Assembly (NCBI GenBank): GCA_019114285.1
Contig: DXFT01000021.1
Span: 1-58,377, forward strand
DNA: 58,377 nt
Origin: Candidatus Odoribacter faecigallinarum
GTDB lineage: Bacteria > Bacteroidota > Bacteroidia > Bacteroidales > Marinifilaceae
Reading direction: 5' to 3'
Positions within the stretch are counted from its first letter, which is position 1; every line of letters begins with the position of its first letter. Positions 8,609 through 19,766 of this stretch are shown in pieces. The translations under genes were made by a program, and so were the position numbers. A model generated the notes under the pieces. That model was not told the DNA's origin and did no database searches. It worked only from the letters and a program-made list of their open reading frames with translations.

Positions 8609-11600
8609 ATGATTATCGTTTTCTATCAGAAGGACAGGACGGTGTATGCCGTGCATTATGGGATGTCCGAAAATTCCCTTGACAAGAGTAAGTTGGAATG
8701 GTTGTTCAGCGGGGCGCGCCGGTTGCCTGAAGCGGAGCTGGACGGGTATTTTGTCGGTCCGCGCCGGGAGATGATTACGCCGTGGAGCACGAATGCGGTG
8801 GAAATTACGCAGAATATGGGTATTGACGGGATTGTGCGCATCGAGGAATTTGTGCAGACGGATGACGAGCACGCCCCGTTCGACCCGATGTTGCAGGCGT
8901 TTTACAAAGGGCTGGACCAGCATATTTTTACGATAGACAAGCAGCCTGACCCGGTGGTTTATATTGAAAATATCCGGGCTTACAATGAGCAGGAGGGGTT
9001 GGCATTGAGCGGGGATGAGATTGCTTATCTGGAAGGGCTGGAGCAGAAGTTGGGCAGGAAGCTGACGGATTCGGAGGTATTTGGTTTTTCACAGGTCAAT
9101 TCGGAGCATTGCCGCCACAAGATTTTCAACGGCACATTTGTGATTGACGGGGAGGAGAAGGAGAGTTCGTTGTTCCAACTGATAAAGAAGACTTCGCGGG
9201 AGAACCCGAACCGGATTGTTTCAGCCTATAAGGACAATTGCGCGTTTATCGAAGGACCGCAGGTGGAGCAGTTTGCCCCGCATACGCCGGACAAGCCTGA
9301 TTTTTATGAGGAACGGGAAATAGGAACGGTGATTTCGTTGAAGGCAGAGACGCATAATTTCCCGACGACGGTGGAGCCGTTCAATGGGGCGGCAACGGGT
9401 AGCGGGGGCGAGATACGGGATAGGATTGCAGGGGGGCAGGCAGCTTTCCCGTTGGCAGGGACAGCAGTTTACATGACTTCTTACCCGCGGATGGAAGCCT
9501 CCCGGAAGTGGGAGCAGTGCATCCAGCCGAGGAAGTGGCTGTACCAGACTCCGGAGGATATTCTTATCAAGGCTTCGAACGGGGCTTCGGACTTCGGGAA
9601 CAAGTTCGGGCAGCCGCTGATTTGCGGTTCGTTATTGACGTTCGAGCATGAGGAGGACGGGAAGACTTTCGGTTATGACAAGGTGATTATGCAGGCAGGG
9701 GGCATTGGTTTTGCCAACCGTGAGCAAGCGATAAAACAGACTCCGGAGGCAGGGGAGAAGGTGGTGTTGCTGGGAGGTGACAATTACCGCATCGGCATGG
9801 GGGGAGGCGCTGTTTCTTCCGTGAACACGGGGGTTTACGCGGGAGCGATTGAGCTGAATGCCGTGCAGCGTTCAAACCCGGAGATGCAGAAACGGGTTTA
9901 TAATGCCATCCGTGCGATGGGCGAGAGCGAGCATAACCCGATTGTCTCTATCCATGACCACGGCGCCGGCGGGCATCTGAATTGCTTGTCCGAGCTGGTG
10001 GAGGAGACCGGGGGCGTGGTGCATATTGAGAAGTTGCCTGTCGGTGACCCGACCCTTTCGGCTAAGGAAATCGTGGGCAATGAATCGCAGGAACGGATGG
10101 GGTTGGTGATGAAGGAGGAGGATGTGGCGACTTTGCAGCGCGTTGCCGACCGGGAACGTGCCCCGATGTACGTGATTGGGGAGACCACGGGCGACCATCG
10201 TTTTGTCTTTGAGAATGCGAAGACCCAGGAGAAGCCGATTGACCTGGAGCTGAAGGACATGTTTGGCAATCCGCCCAAGACGGTGATGGTGGACAAGACG
10301 GTGAAGGAGAAGTACAGCGATTTGGAATACGATGTTGCCCGTCTGGAGGAATATTTGGAACAAGTCTTGCAGATTGAGGCGGTGGCTTGTAAGGATTGGT
10401 TGACCAACAAGGTGGACCGTTCGGTGACGGGGAAAGTGAGACGGCAACAATGCGTGGGGGCTTTGCATCTGCCTTTGAGCGATGTAGCCGTGATGGCATT
10501 GGATTATAGCGGTTACCGTGGTGTGGCGACTTCCATCGGACATGCCCCTGTGGCTGCTATGGCGGATGCGGGAGCCGGTTCCCGCCTGGCGATAGCCGAG
10601 GCTTTGACCAATCTGGTATGGGCTCCGGTGGAGAAGGGGTTGCAGGGTGTTTCGCTTTCTGCCAACTGGATGTGGCCCTGCCGGAATGAGGGGGAGGATG
10701 CCCGTTTGTATCAGGCGGTGCAGGCGGCAAGTGATTTTGCCATTGCCTTGGGTGTGAATATTCCTACGGGGAAGGATTCGCTTTCCATGACACAGAAGTA
10801 TGAGGACAAGAAGGTGCTTGCGCCGGGGACTGTCATTATTTCGACGGTGGGCGAGGTGACCGATTTCCGGAAGGTGGTGGATCCGGTGTTGAAGTGCGAG
10901 CCGGAGAGCGAGTTGGTGTATATTGATTTTTCGTTTGACAAATTGGAACTGGGCGGGTCAAGCCTTGCCCAAGTATTGAATAAAGTGGGCAGGCATGTGC
11001 CTGACGTGAAGGACAGTGCCTATTTCGCACGGGCTTTTGAAGCGGTGCAGGCGTTGGTGGAGAAGGGCATGGTGCTTGCCGGGCATGACATTTCGGCAGG
11101 CGGCATGGTGGTTGCCTTGCTGGAAATGTGCTTTGCGGACAACCGTGCCGGTCTGAAGGTGGATTTGTCTTTCTTGAAGGAAAAGGACGTGATGAAGCTG
11201 CTGTTTGCAGAGAACCCGGGCGTGCTTGTCCAAATCCGGGATGCGGAAGCCAAGGAGGTTGCCGCCTTGCTGGACGATGCCGGCATTGCATACGCTTTTA
11301 TCGGAAAGCCGGGACAGGCAGGCAAGTTGGACATCCGGAAAGACGATGCTTCGTGGAGCCTGGACATTGCTTCGTTGCGTGACTTGTGGTTCAAGACTTC
11401 CTATCTTTTGGACCGCCGGCAGAGTGGCGAAGAGAAGGCACTGGAGCGTTACCGGAGCTATAAGCACAATGAGTTGCGCTATGATTTCCCGAAAGGCTTT
11501 ACCGGCAAGCTGAAGGATTTGGGCTTGGACGCAGGGCGTAAGGGCAAGTCGGGAATCCGGGCTGCAGTCATCCGCGAGAAAGGGTGCCAGTGCGAACGGG

Positions 11601-12307
11601 AGACTGCCTGGGCTTTGCATCTGGCAGGCTTTGACGTGAAGGATGTGCACATGACAGACCTGATTACCGGACGGGAAACGCTGGAGGATGTGAATATGAT
11701 TGTTTTCGTTGGCGGGTTCTCCAATTCCGACGTGCTGGGTTCGGCAAAGGGATGGGCAGGAGCTTTCAAATACAATGAGAAGGCACGCATTGCTTTGGAG
11801 AATTTCTACAAGCGGGAGGATACGTTGAGCCTCGGCATTTGCAACGGGTGCCAGCTGATGGTGGAACTGGGGCTGATATACCCGGAACAGGAAGTGATGC
11901 CCAAGATGCTGCACAACGATTCCCACAAATTGGAATCGGGTTTCGTGAACGTAACTATCCAGCATAGTCCTTCCGTATTGTTGAAGTCTTTGGAAGGCTG
12001 CCGTCTGGGCGTGTGGATTGCCCACGGCGAGGGGAAATTCGATTTGCCATACGCGGAGAGCGAGTATGCCATTGCCTTGAAGTACAGTTATGATGTTTAT
12101 CCAGCCAATCCGAACGGTTCGCGTTACGCCACGGCAGGCATTGTCAGCAAAGACGGGCGGCACCTGGCGATGATGCCGCACCTGGAGCGGTCTATTACTC
12201 CGTGGAACTGGGCATATTATGACGAACAACGCCCGGAGGACGAGGTGAGCCCGTGGATTGAGGTGTTTGTCAATGCGCGGAAATGGGTGGAGGAGAACAG
12301 GAAATAA
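8609..12307 (+). CDS. purL: Phosphoribosylformylglycinamidine synthase, large fused form
   Basis: NSEHCRHKIF, KAETHNFPT, SIHDHGAGG, glutaminase LGICNGCQ and MMPHLER. Confidence 0.97.
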   Translation: MIIVFYQKDRTVYAVHYGMSENSLDKSKLEWLFSGARRLPEAELDGYFVGPRREMITPWSTNAVEITQNMGIDGIVRIEEFVQTDDEHAPFDPMLQAFYKGLDQHIFTIDKQPDPVVYIENIRAYNEQEGLALSGDEIAYLEGLEQKLGRKLTDSEVFGFSQVNSEHCRHKIFNGTFVIDGEEKESSLFQLIKKTSRENPNRIVSAYKDNCAFIEGPQVEQFAPHTPDKPDFYEEREIGTVISLKAETHNFPTTVEPFNGAATGSGGEIRDRIAGGQAAFPLAGTAVYMTSYPRMEASRKWEQCIQPRKWLYQTPEDILIKASNGASDFGNKFGQPLICGSLLTFEHEEDGKTFGYDKVIMQAGGIGFANREQAIKQTPEAGEKVVLLGGDNYRIGMGGGAVSSVNTGVYAGAIELNAVQRSNPEMQKRVYNAIRAMGESEHNPIVSIHDHGAGGHLNCLSELVEETGGVVHIEKLPVGDPTLSAKEIVGNESQERMGLVMKEEDVATLQRVADRERAPMYVIGETTGDHRFVFENAKTQEKPIDLELKDMFGNPPKTVMVDKTVKEKYSDLEYDVARLEEYLEQVLQIEAVACKDWLTNKVDRSVTGKVRRQQCVGALHLPLSDVAVMALDYSGYRGVATSIGHAPVAAMADAGAGSRLAIAEALTNLVWAPVEKGLQGVSLSANWMWPCRNEGEDARLYQAVQAASDFAIALGVNIPTGKDSLSMTQKYEDKKVLAPGTVIISTVGEVTDFRKVVDPVLKCEPESELVYIDFSFDKLELGGSSLAQVLNKVGRHVPDVKDSAYFARAFEAVQALVEKGMVLAGHDISAGGMVVALLEMCFADNRAGLKVDLSFLKEKDVMKLLFAENPGVLVQIRDAEAKEVAALLDDAGIAYAFIGKPGQAGKLDIRKDDASWSLDIASLRDLWFKTSYLLDRRQSGEEKALERYRSYKHNELRYDFPKGFTGKLKDLGLDAGRKGKSGIRAAVIREKGCQCERETAWALHLAGFDVKDVHMTDLITGRETLEDVNMIVFVGGFSNSDVLGSAKGWAGAFKYNEKARIALENFYKREDTLSLGICNGCQLMVELGLIYPEQEVMPKMLHNDSHKLESGFVNVTIQHSPSVLLKSLEGCRLGVWIAHGEGKFDLPYAESEYAIALKYSYDVYPANPNGSRYATAGIVSKDGRHLAMMPHLERSITPWNWAYYDEQRPEDEVSPWIEVFVNARKWVEENRK

Positions 12308-12340
12308 TCAGTTTTTTTTGATATTTATTGTTTCATGAAG

Positions 12341-12373
12341 ATGGGGTTGCCTTGCGGGGCAACCTCATTGTTT
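12341..12373 (+). terminator. Probable terminator after purL
   Basis: ATGGGGTTGCC / GGCAACCTCAT stem followed by TGTTT. Confidence 0.6.
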
Positions 12374-12390
12374 AAATTTGAAACCTGGGT

Positions 12391-13551
12391 ATGGATAGAG
12401 AAAAGATATATGCACAAGCCGTGGAGTGGCGGCGCCATTTCCACCGTTTCCCGGAGGTGTCCACGGAAGAGTACGGGACACAGGCTTACATTGCCGGGAT
12501 TTTGGAACAGGAAGGGATAGCCTTCAGAAAGTATGGCACGGGCATCATTGCGCAACTGGGCAAGGGGAAGCCTTGCGTTGCCCTGCGGGCGGACATGGAC
12601 GCCTTGCGGGTGAAGGAGGAGACAGGGCTGCCTTTTGCTTCAGAGGAAGAGGGAAAGATGCACGCCTGCGGGCATGACATGCACCTCGCCATGCTGTTGG
12701 GGGCTGTGATGCGCCTGAAGGCGGAGGAGGGAAACTGGCGGGGAACGGTGAAGGTGGTTTTCCAGCCCAGCGAGGAGAAGCGTCCCGGCGGGGCACGCCT
12801 CCTGTTGCCTCATTTGCTGGAGGAGCCTGTGCCGCGGGCTATTTTCGGGCAGCATGTCTATCCCGGCTTGCCGGTGGGGAAGATAGGTATCCGCGCGGGG
12901 GCTTTCTTTGCTTCGTCGGACAATATCAATTTTGCCGTGGAGGGGAAGGGAACGCATGCCGCCATGCCGCATTTGGGGTCTGACCCGATATTGGCTGCTG
13001 TGGCCTTGATACAGTATTACCAGACGATTATTACCAAATCCCGTGACCCGTTCGAGCCGGCAGTGCTTTCCATTACTTCCATCCATGGCGGCACGGCGAA
13101 CAATGTGATTCCCGACCGGGTAGAGGTTAAGGGGACAGTGCGCACGCACAACAATGCGTTGCGTCACCATATATTCGATTTGATAAATGGGCAGTCTCCG
13201 GCGATATGCGGGCTTTACGGTTGCCGTTTCGTGCCGGACATGCCTTGGAACGGGCTGCCTCCCTTGGTGAATGACAGCGGCTTGGTGCAGTTGGTGAGGG
13301 AAGCCGCCGCGGGCATCGCGGAAGTGGTGGAGATGCCGCCCCTGACGTTGGGGGAGGATTTTGCCATTTACTTGGAGCACCTCCCCGGTGCCTTCTGGAC
13401 ATTGGGTGTCTGCCCGCCGGAACAGGAGGAGATGCCTCCGCTTCACAATCCCGCGATGGCACCGGACGAGCGGGCTATCCCCATCGGTGTGGATTTGCTC
13501 TTTGCCGCCTGCACCAAGTTCCTGAAGGAACAATTAACGATGAATGATTAA
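12391..13551 (+). CDS. M20 family amidohydrolase
   Basis: RRHFHRFPE, ALRADMDAL, MHACGHD, FQPSEE, GEDF, LHNP motifs. Confidence 0.92.
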   Translation: MDREKIYAQAVEWRRHFHRFPEVSTEEYGTQAYIAGILEQEGIAFRKYGTGIIAQLGKGKPCVALRADMDALRVKEETGLPFASEEEGKMHACGHDMHLAMLLGAVMRLKAEEGNWRGTVKVVFQPSEEKRPGGARLLLPHLLEEPVPRAIFGQHVYPGLPVGKIGIRAGAFFASSDNINFAVEGKGTHAAMPHLGSDPILAAVALIQYYQTIITKSRDPFEPAVLSITSIHGGTANNVIPDRVEVKGTVRTHNNALRHHIFDLINGQSPAICGLYGCRFVPDMPWNGLPPLVNDSGLVQLVREAAAGIAEVVEMPPLTLGEDFAIYLEHLPGAFWTLGVCPPEQEEMPPLHNPAMAPDERAIPIGVDLLFAACTKFLKEQLTMND

Positions 13552-13571
13552 TGATTAACGATGAATGATGC
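13530..13571 (+). repeat. Heptamer tandem repeat, 6 units
   Basis: ACAATTA ACGATGA ATGATTA ATGATTA ACGATGA ATGATGC spanning the amidohydrolase stop. Confidence 0.85.
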
Positions 13572-13595
13572 TGGGGTGTTTGGGCAACACCCCGG
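13571..13595. terminator. Hairpin between convergent amidohydrolase and Dabb genes
   Basis: CTGGGGTGTT-TGGGC-AACACCCCGG. Confidence 0.5.
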
Positions 13596-13601
13596 GGCTT
13601 G

Positions 13602-13895
13602 TCAGCAGGCATAATCCACGCAAGCCCTGCCTTCCTTGATGGGGGCAATCATTTCCTTTACGATGCGCTGGTGCGCGGGATGGTTGGCATACGAAGCCAG
13701 GCTCTCCATGTCATTGACAAGGGCTTCGAGGCTTAAATCCCATTCCTCGGCAGGATTGATATTGATGCCCACTTTGATTTCCTTGAGTTCACTGATGACG
13801 GCGGGCAGTTTTTCCAGTTCGCTTTTGATGGCGGACATGCGTTCCGCCTTGTCTTCCGTTGCTTTGAATTTGAAGAATACGATGTGTTTTACCAT
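13602..13895 (-). CDS. Dabb (stress-responsive alpha/beta barrel) family protein
   Basis: MVKHIVFFKF, YANHPAH, C-terminal VDY. Confidence 0.9.
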   Translation of the reverse strand: MVKHIVFFKFKATEDKAERMSAIKSELEKLPAVISELKEIKVGININPAEEWDLSLEALVNDMESLASYANHPAHQRIVKEMIAPIKEGRACVDYAC

Positions 13896-13984
13896 GACTT
13901 ATTTTTTGTGCGAAATTACGAAAGTTTTCCAAGGTTTTGTGGTTTGGAGGGAATAAATTATAGTGGCTGAATTATTTCCTGTGC

Positions 13985-14015
13985 TTTGAATTGTATCTTT
14001 ATTTTCATATATTTG
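13985..14015 (+). promoter_or_regulatory. Consensus promoter of the 14038 orphan gene
   Basis: TTTG, 19 nt, TATATTTG. Confidence 0.65.
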
Positions 14016-14037
14016 GACTGTGCAATAAAAATGGTAT

Positions 14038-14913
14038 ATGATGAATAAGATTATAATGATGGCTTTATGCCTGTTTGCCTTTTTGTCCGTGAAGGCAACC
14101 GGATTAGACGGGGATGTTATTCATATTGATGGAAAATATTGGGGGTTGTTAGCAAAGCCAATAAATAACAATCGTTTGTTATATAAAAGGTTAATGGATT
14201 TTCTTCCGGAAAATCGCAGTATGTCAACCGCTGATTGGGATGGTTATACTGCTTTTTGGAAAATGGAAGATGGTTATCTTTATTTGCAGCATATAGAAGT
14301 AACTGTATATGATAAAGATCGGAATAGCTTGACCATTGCTTTCTTACCAGATGATTTGAAACAGGTGTTTGCTTTTTATTACGCTAATGGGAAGATTCGT
14401 GCCGATTGGTTTACCGGACAAATACGGGCAGTGCATGGAGAATTTGTGAGATATATTCACAGTGGTTTTAATCGCAATTTGGAAACGGAGCAGGTAATAG
14501 ATGTGAAGGAAGGGCAGGTGTTAAGAATGGAACTTTATCATAACTATAAGAAAGACGGGTTGAAAATGGAATATTTATTTAATGAATTAGACCGACGTTT
14601 TCCGTGGGAAGAGTTTCCTAAATACCAAGCATACAAGCTTTATTTCACTATTCAGAATTATCTATTGACTGCTGATGGGCGTTTTGTGGATTGTGATATA
14701 ACGATACATGTCCGGCCTACGAGGGAAGAAATACGCGATAGTGCTCATCCGTTAGTGAGGGCTTTTAAGGAAATAGCGAGATCTGTGTATCCATTGGAAG
14801 TGTATTTTATTAACGGTAAGTTTACCCTTATACATGATAAATGGACCCACCCATTTTCCATGGAAAGGACAGAGCAGATAAAGCATCGCTTTGTTTCTTC
14901 AAAAAGTATTTAA
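14038..14913 (+). CDS. Hypothetical exported protein, AT-rich
   Basis: 291-aa ORF with signal peptide (MNKIIMMALCLFAFLSVKA), own promoter, visibly lower GC than neighbours. Confidence 0.75.
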   Translation: MMNKIIMMALCLFAFLSVKATGLDGDVIHIDGKYWGLLAKPINNNRLLYKRLMDFLPENRSMSTADWDGYTAFWKMEDGYLYLQHIEVTVYDKDRNSLTIAFLPDDLKQVFAFYYANGKIRADWFTGQIRAVHGEFVRYIHSGFNRNLETEQVIDVKEGQVLRMELYHNYKKDGLKMEYLFNELDRRFPWEEFPKYQAYKLYFTIQNYLLTADGRFVDCDITIHVRPTREEIRDSAHPLVRAFKEIARSVYPLEVYFINGKFTLIHDKWTHPFSMERTEQIKHRFVSSKSI

Positions 14914-16232
14914 ATCTTCGTTTTCTGCCAGTTGAAGTAACGGAAGTAGCAGGCACTGCCTATAAGCAAGAGCCCGTAATAGACCACCTCGCAGGTGAAG
15001 CAGGCGGCTACCGACCATTTGAACCACCAGCAGGTAACTAAGATGTAGGCGGCGTAAAACACTTGCGCCGACAATTCAATCATCAATGCCGAGCGCGTGT
15101 TGCCGGTGCCGGAAATGCCACTGAAGCAGATGTTCGACACGGCAGCGATGAGCAATGCCCCCGCTATGACCCACAAGGAAGGCACTGCCTCTTCTATGAG
15201 CGGCAGGTCATTGGTATAGACGGCAAGCATGGGGTGGGGGAATACCACCATGAGCACGGCACAGCATAAGGCGAATACCACGCTGATTTTTGCCACCTGC
15301 CGGATGATGGGGATGACCCTGTCAATGGCTTTTGAACCAATGGCATTGCTGACTAATGTATTGACCGTTGTCGAGAGTGCCTGCACCGGTATCAGGACAA
15401 GGACGTAGATGCTCCGCACCACATTGGCAATGGCAAGTTCCCGTTGCCCGATGTGTTCGATGGCGAGGAAGAATACAAACCACGTGGTGAAGGGAATGAA
15501 TTGTTGCAGCATCATGAATACGGAAACGTTCAGAATGCGCCTGATGACCGGGAAATCGAGACGCAAGCGGAACTTGAGCCCGTACTTTTTCCCGTCCACC
15601 GCATACCGCGTGTAGAGCAGGAAGAAGAGCAACGAACCCGCCTCCGCCATGACCGAGGCAATCGCAGCTCCCTCCAATCCCAGGCGCGGTGCTCCGAATT
15701 TGCCGAATATCAGTATATAATCCAGTATTACGTTGATGCTTGCCATGACAATGGCATTCAAAGTGAGTACCTTCGTCCGGATAATCGCGACGTAGAATGC
15801 CCGGTACATCACGTTCACAAAGGAGAACAGCAAGCCCCATACCCGCACGGAAAAGAAATCATACGACGCCTCCAATATCACCTCCGACGAGAGCATCAAT
15901 TGCATCACCGGGCGGGCGCTGAGCATAGCTCCGACCAATAGCACGATTGCCATCAGGAAGCTGAACAGGCTCCCTTGGTTGAGCACCGTCCCCAGCTCTT
16001 GGTATTTTCCTTCGCCGTTGCGCCGTGCCATCAGGATTTGCGCCCCGATGCTGAAGCCGAAGGCGAGGGTGAAGAGGCAGATATAGTAAAGCCCTCCGAG
16101 GGCGGAGGCTCCCAGTTCCACTTCTCCCACATGCCCCAGGAAGGCGGTGTCCGTCACATTGATGATGTTCTGCGCCAAAAGCCCGAGAAATATCGGGTAG
16201 CTTACTTTGATGATTTCTTTTTTGTTCTGCAT
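14910..16232 (-). CDS. MATE family efflux transporter
   Basis: 440 aa, about 12 TM segments, DTAFLGHVG, LIFGKFGAPRLGLEGAAIAS. Confidence 0.92.
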   Translation of the reverse strand: MQNKKEIIKVSYPIFLGLLAQNIINVTDTAFLGHVGEVELGASALGGLYYICLFTLAFGFSIGAQILMARRNGEGKYQELGTVLNQGSLFSFLMAIVLLVGAMLSARPVMQLMLSSEVILEASYDFFSVRVWGLLFSFVNVMYRAFYVAIIRTKVLTLNAIVMASINVILDYILIFGKFGAPRLGLEGAAIASVMAEAGSLLFFLLYTRYAVDGKKYGLKFRLRLDFPVIRRILNVSVFMMLQQFIPFTTWFVFFLAIEHIGQRELAIANVVRSIYVLVLIPVQALSTTVNTLVSNAIGSKAIDRVIPIIRQVAKISVVFALCCAVLMVVFPHPMLAVYTNDLPLIEEAVPSLWVIAGALLIAAVSNICFSGISGTGNTRSALMIELSAQVFYAAYILVTCWWFKWSVAACFTCEVVYYGLLLIGSACYFRYFNWQKTKI

Positions 16233-16235
16233 TGT

Positions 16236-17345
16236 TTATTTGTGTGTATATCCCCAGTCTTGCAAAGCGAAGTCCCAATGCTTGTTTACCAATTCCAGGG
16301 TACGCGCTTCATATTTGTATGCGTTTTTCTTGTATCCCTTCTTCTTTTCCAGATAGGCAGCGATGTCCGTCCGGGCTTCCTCGAAGCCGGGTATGGAGAG
16401 CGTGCGGTATATCTTTTCCGTCATGCCCAAAGCGTCTGCCTCGAAGTCCTCGAACTTCACCTCAATGAGGTTCCCTTCCGGAATGAGGTGCTTGTCCCGT
16501 TCATACTTCCGGTAGAGGCGGGTATAGACTTCCAGGATGTTGGCTTCCATTTCCTCCGGCGTGATGCGCTGCAATTGCAGGGGGATGATGGTGTTATTAA
16601 AAAAGCTGCGTGTCGATTCAAACACCGTGTAGGGGTTGCGCATCAGGTAAATGAACTTGGCATTGGGGAATATCTCCAATATCTCCTTCACCTTGCCTGT
16701 GTGGGGAGGGTTCTTGGAGAGGAACTGCGTGCCTTTGGTATTCCACAGCGATATTTTCATCAACTTCAGGAAAGTTTCCCGGAACATGCGGTGCTCTTCT
16801 TCCGTTGCTCGTTCCATGGTCAGGAAGCGGTCGCAATATTCCATCATGTTCTGCGGCAGGTACCAAAAGTTATAGTAGGAGCAGGGCATCATGTTGGAGA
16901 GGGCAAACTCCTCTTCCTGCGGCAGGTCCACGTTCAGTTCCATGTTGTCCGTCGGGCGCTTGTCGGGCATCAGCCATGCCATGGTCTTCTTGAACATCGG
17001 CTGCCCCCACATCATAAGGTGGGGGAACACGGTCTGGTAAGTTGTCGTGTAGCCGAAATGCTTGTCGTGTGCCAGCACGTTATGCACGAACGTCGTGCCG
17101 CTGCGCCAGTGCCCGAGGATGAACACCGGCTCCATGTTTACTTCCGCATCCCTCAGCAGCTTGTCGTACCGCCTGTCCTGCACCCCTTTCAGCGGGCTGA
17201 GTATCCGGCATACGCCTTTCGTGAGGTAGTATTTGGTCTTGTACCCTTTCTCGATGCGTTGCCCCTTGGTTATTTCCCGGAAAGTCTTCCAATCCGCACC
17301 GACTAACGTATTGACCGGCAGTTTGCTAAACTCTAACAATCCCAT
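16236..17345 (-). CDS. PAPS-dependent sulfotransferase, resembling the Bacteroides steroid/cholesterol sulfotransferase BT0416
   Basis: PVFILGHWRSGTT 5'-PSB loop, LSKNPPHT, RNPYTVFES 3'-PB; located in a cysQCDN cluster. Confidence 0.88.
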   Translation of the reverse strand: MGLLEFSKLPVNTLVGADWKTFREITKGQRIEKGYKTKYYLTKGVCRILSPLKGVQDRRYDKLLRDAEVNMEPVFILGHWRSGTTFVHNVLAHDKHFGYTTTYQTVFPHLMMWGQPMFKKTMAWLMPDKRPTDNMELNVDLPQEEEFALSNMMPCSYYNFWYLPQNMMEYCDRFLTMERATEEEHRMFRETFLKLMKISLWNTKGTQFLSKNPPHTGKVKEILEIFPNAKFIYLMRNPYTVFESTRSFFNNTIIPLQLQRITPEEMEANILEVYTRLYRKYERDKHLIPEGNLIEVKFEDFEADALGMTEKIYRTLSIPGFEEARTDIAAYLEKKKGYKKNAYKYEARTLELVNKHWDFALQDWGYTHK

Positions 17346-17349
17346 GACT

Positions 17350-17384
17350 TTATCTTTAATCGTTCATCGTTAATCGTTTATCAG
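17350..17384 (-). repeat. Heptamer tandem repeat, 5 units
   Basis: TTATCTT TAATCGT TCATCGT TAATCGT TTATCAG on +; spans the cysN stop. Confidence 0.85.
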
Positions 17385-18797
17385 CCGCACGGCTATCCCT
17401 TGCCGGTCGAGGTCGCGAATGACTTTCTCGATGGCTTCGAAATGCTCTTGCCCGATGCCCAGGCGGGAGAGGTGTATTTCCGGAATCTCCAGTTCCTGTA
17501 TGTCCTTCATCTCCACCTTGTCGATAATCATGCCTACGGCGCAGGTATTGTTCGTAATCGGGTCTATCAGGATGAATGCCCCCGTGCTCTTGTTCTTTTG
17601 GTACGGGTCGAAGAACAACGGCTTGTCCGTGGTGAAAATGACGCGGGCAATCTCGTTCAGTTCCAATGCCTCTGCCGGTGTCTGCTCCAGTGTATTGACA
17701 TTCACCTTGTAGCGTATCTTGTCAATGGTGATGCGCGACAGGTTGGTGGTCTGCTTGATGAAGAACCGTTCCTTCGGGTCCATGCGCTTCTCGTCCATCC
17801 ACACGAGCATCGCTTCGAATGTGCGTGACACGATGGGGAGGTTGTCCGGATGCACGAGCATCTCGCCCCGCGAGATGTCTATTTCGTCCTCCAGCGTGAG
17901 CGTTACCGCCTGCGGGGGAAAGGCATAGTCCAGTTCCCCGTCGTAGGTGACGATGGATTTCACCCGCGAGCGTTTCATGGAAGGGAGGGCAAGCACCTCG
18001 TCCCCCTTGCGCACGACGCCTGACGCCACCGTGCTGCTGAAGCCACGAAAGTCAAGGTTCGGACGCAGCACATATTGCACGGGGAAGCGGAAGTCCTCGA
18101 AATTCTTGTCGCTCCCGATGTGCACCGTCTCCAGGAACTCCAACAGGGGTTTGCCCTTGTACCAAGGCGTATTCTCCGAGCGTTCCACCACATTGTCCCC
18201 TTTCAGCGCGGACAAGGGGATGCACGTGATGTCAGGGATGCCGAGCGGCTCCGCGAAATGGCGGTAGTCCGCCACAATGCTTTCGAACACCCCCCGGTCA
18301 TAGTTCACCAGGTCCATTTTGTTCACTGCCAGCACGACATGCTTGATGCCCAGCAGGGATACCAGGTAGGTGTGCCGCCTCGTTTGCGTGATGACCCCTG
18401 TGCGGGCGTCCACGAGGATGACCGCCAAGTTTGCCGTCGAGCCGCCGGTAATCATGTTGCGGGTGTATTGCTCATGTCCCGGCGTGTCAGCGATGATGAA
18501 TTTCCGCCTGTTGGTCGAGAAATAGCGGTAAGCCACGTCGATGGTGATGCCCTGCTCGCGTTCCGCCTTCAGCCCGTCGAGCAGGAGGGCATAATCAATG
18601 TTGTCGCCCGCGTTGCCATAACGCTTCGTGTCGCGTTCCAGCGCGTCGAGCTGGTCTTCATACAATTTCTTGCTGTCATACAGCAGGCGCCCGATGAGCG
18701 TTGATTTCCCGTCATCCACCGAACCGGCGGTCAGGAAGCGCAACAGGTCTTTCTTTTCGTCTTGGTCTAAAAATGCTTTTATATCTAATTTTTCCAT
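17370..18797 (-). CDS. cysN: Sulfate adenylyltransferase subunit 1
   Basis: [42 protein letters not shown]. Confidence 0.96.
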   Translation of the reverse strand: MEKLDIKAFLDQDEKKDLLRFLTAGSVDDGKSTLIGRLLYDSKKLYEDQLDALERDTKRYGNAGDNIDYALLLDGLKAEREQGITIDVAYRYFSTNRRKFIIADTPGHEQYTRNMITGGSTANLAVILVDARTGVITQTRRHTYLVSLLGIKHVVLAVNKMDLVNYDRGVFESIVADYRHFAEPLGIPDITCIPLSALKGDNVVERSENTPWYKGKPLLEFLETVHIGSDKNFEDFRFPVQYVLRPNLDFRGFSSTVASGVVRKGDEVLALPSMKRSRVKSIVTYDGELDYAFPPQAVTLTLEDEIDISRGEMLVHPDNLPIVSRTFEAMLVWMDEKRMDPKERFFIKQTTNLSRITIDKIRYKVNVNTLEQTPAEALELNEIARVIFTTDKPLFFDPYQKNKSTGAFILIDPITNNTCAVGMIIDKVEMKDIQELEIPEIHLSRLGIGQEHFEAIEKVIRDLDRQGIAVRLIND

Positions 18798-18811
18798 TCG
18801 TCTCCCGTCAT

Positions 18812-18846
18812 TAATCGTTAATCTTTAATCCTTCATCGTTCATCAA
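18812..18846 (-). repeat. Heptamer tandem repeat, 5 units
   Basis: TAATCGT TAATCTT TAATCCT TCATCGT TCATCAA on +; last unit holds the cysD stop. Confidence 0.85.
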
Positions 18847-19754
18847 AAATACCCTTCCCGTTTCTTCTGCTCCATGCTGGCGTCCTGGTCGAAGTCAATG
18901 ACGCGGGTCGTCCGCTCGGATTTCGTGGTGGTCATCATCTCCTCTACAATCTTCTCGATGGTGTCGGCATCCGACTCCACGGCTCCCGTCAGCGGCCAGC
19001 AACCCAGCGTGCGGAAACGCACCTTCCGCATCTGTATCTTGTCGCGGTATTGCTCTGGGAGGCGGTCGTCATCCGGCATGATGAGGTTCCCGTCAATTTC
19101 CACCACGGGGCGTTCCTTCGCGAAGTAGAGGGGCACGATGGGGATATTCTCCATGCGGATGTACTGCCAGATGTCCAGTTCCGTCCAGTTCGACAGCGGG
19201 AACACGCGGATGGATTCCCCCTTGTGGATGCGGGCGTTGTAGAGGTTCCACAGCTCGGGGCGTTGGTTCTTCGGATCCCATTGGTGGAACTTGTCGCGGA
19301 ACGAGAAGATGCGTTCCTTTGCCCGGGACTTCTCCTCGTCGCGCCGTGCGCCGCCGAAAGCTGCGTCGAATTTGTATTTGTCCAGCGCGTTCAGTAACGC
19401 CTGCGTTTTCATCAGGTCCGTATGCACCTTGCTCCCGTGGGTGAAAGGACCCACGCCCTCCCGGAAAGCCTTCATGTTCGACTCCACAATCAGGTCCCAA
19501 TGGTTCTCCTTGGCATACTTGTCACGGAACTCTATCATCTCCTTGAACTTCCACTTCGAATCAATGTGCATCAGCGGGAAGGGCACCTTCCCCGGGTAAA
19601 ACGCTTTCTCTGCCAGCCGCACCATCACGGACGAATCCTTCCCGATGGAATAAAGCATCACCGGATTCTCAAACTCTGCCGCCACCTCGCGGATGATGTG
19701 GATAGACTCCGCTTCCAGCTCTTTCAAGTGGCTCAATTTATATTCTTGTGTCAT
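18843..19754 (-). CDS. cysD: Sulfate adenylyltransferase subunit 2
   Basis: [29 protein letters not shown]-terminal KKREGYF. Confidence 0.97.
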   Translation of the reverse strand: MTQEYKLSHLKELEAESIHIIREVAAEFENPVMLYSIGKDSSVMVRLAEKAFYPGKVPFPLMHIDSKWKFKEMIEFRDKYAKENHWDLIVESNMKAFREGVGPFTHGSKVHTDLMKTQALLNALDKYKFDAAFGGARRDEEKSRAKERIFSFRDKFHQWDPKNQRPELWNLYNARIHKGESIRVFPLSNWTELDIWQYIRMENIPIVPLYFAKERPVVEIDGNLIMPDDDRLPEQYRDKIQMRKVRFRTLGCWPLTGAVESDADTIEKIVEEMMTTTKSERTTRVIDFDQDASMEQKKREGYF

Positions 19755-19766
19755 ATATCCTTTCCT

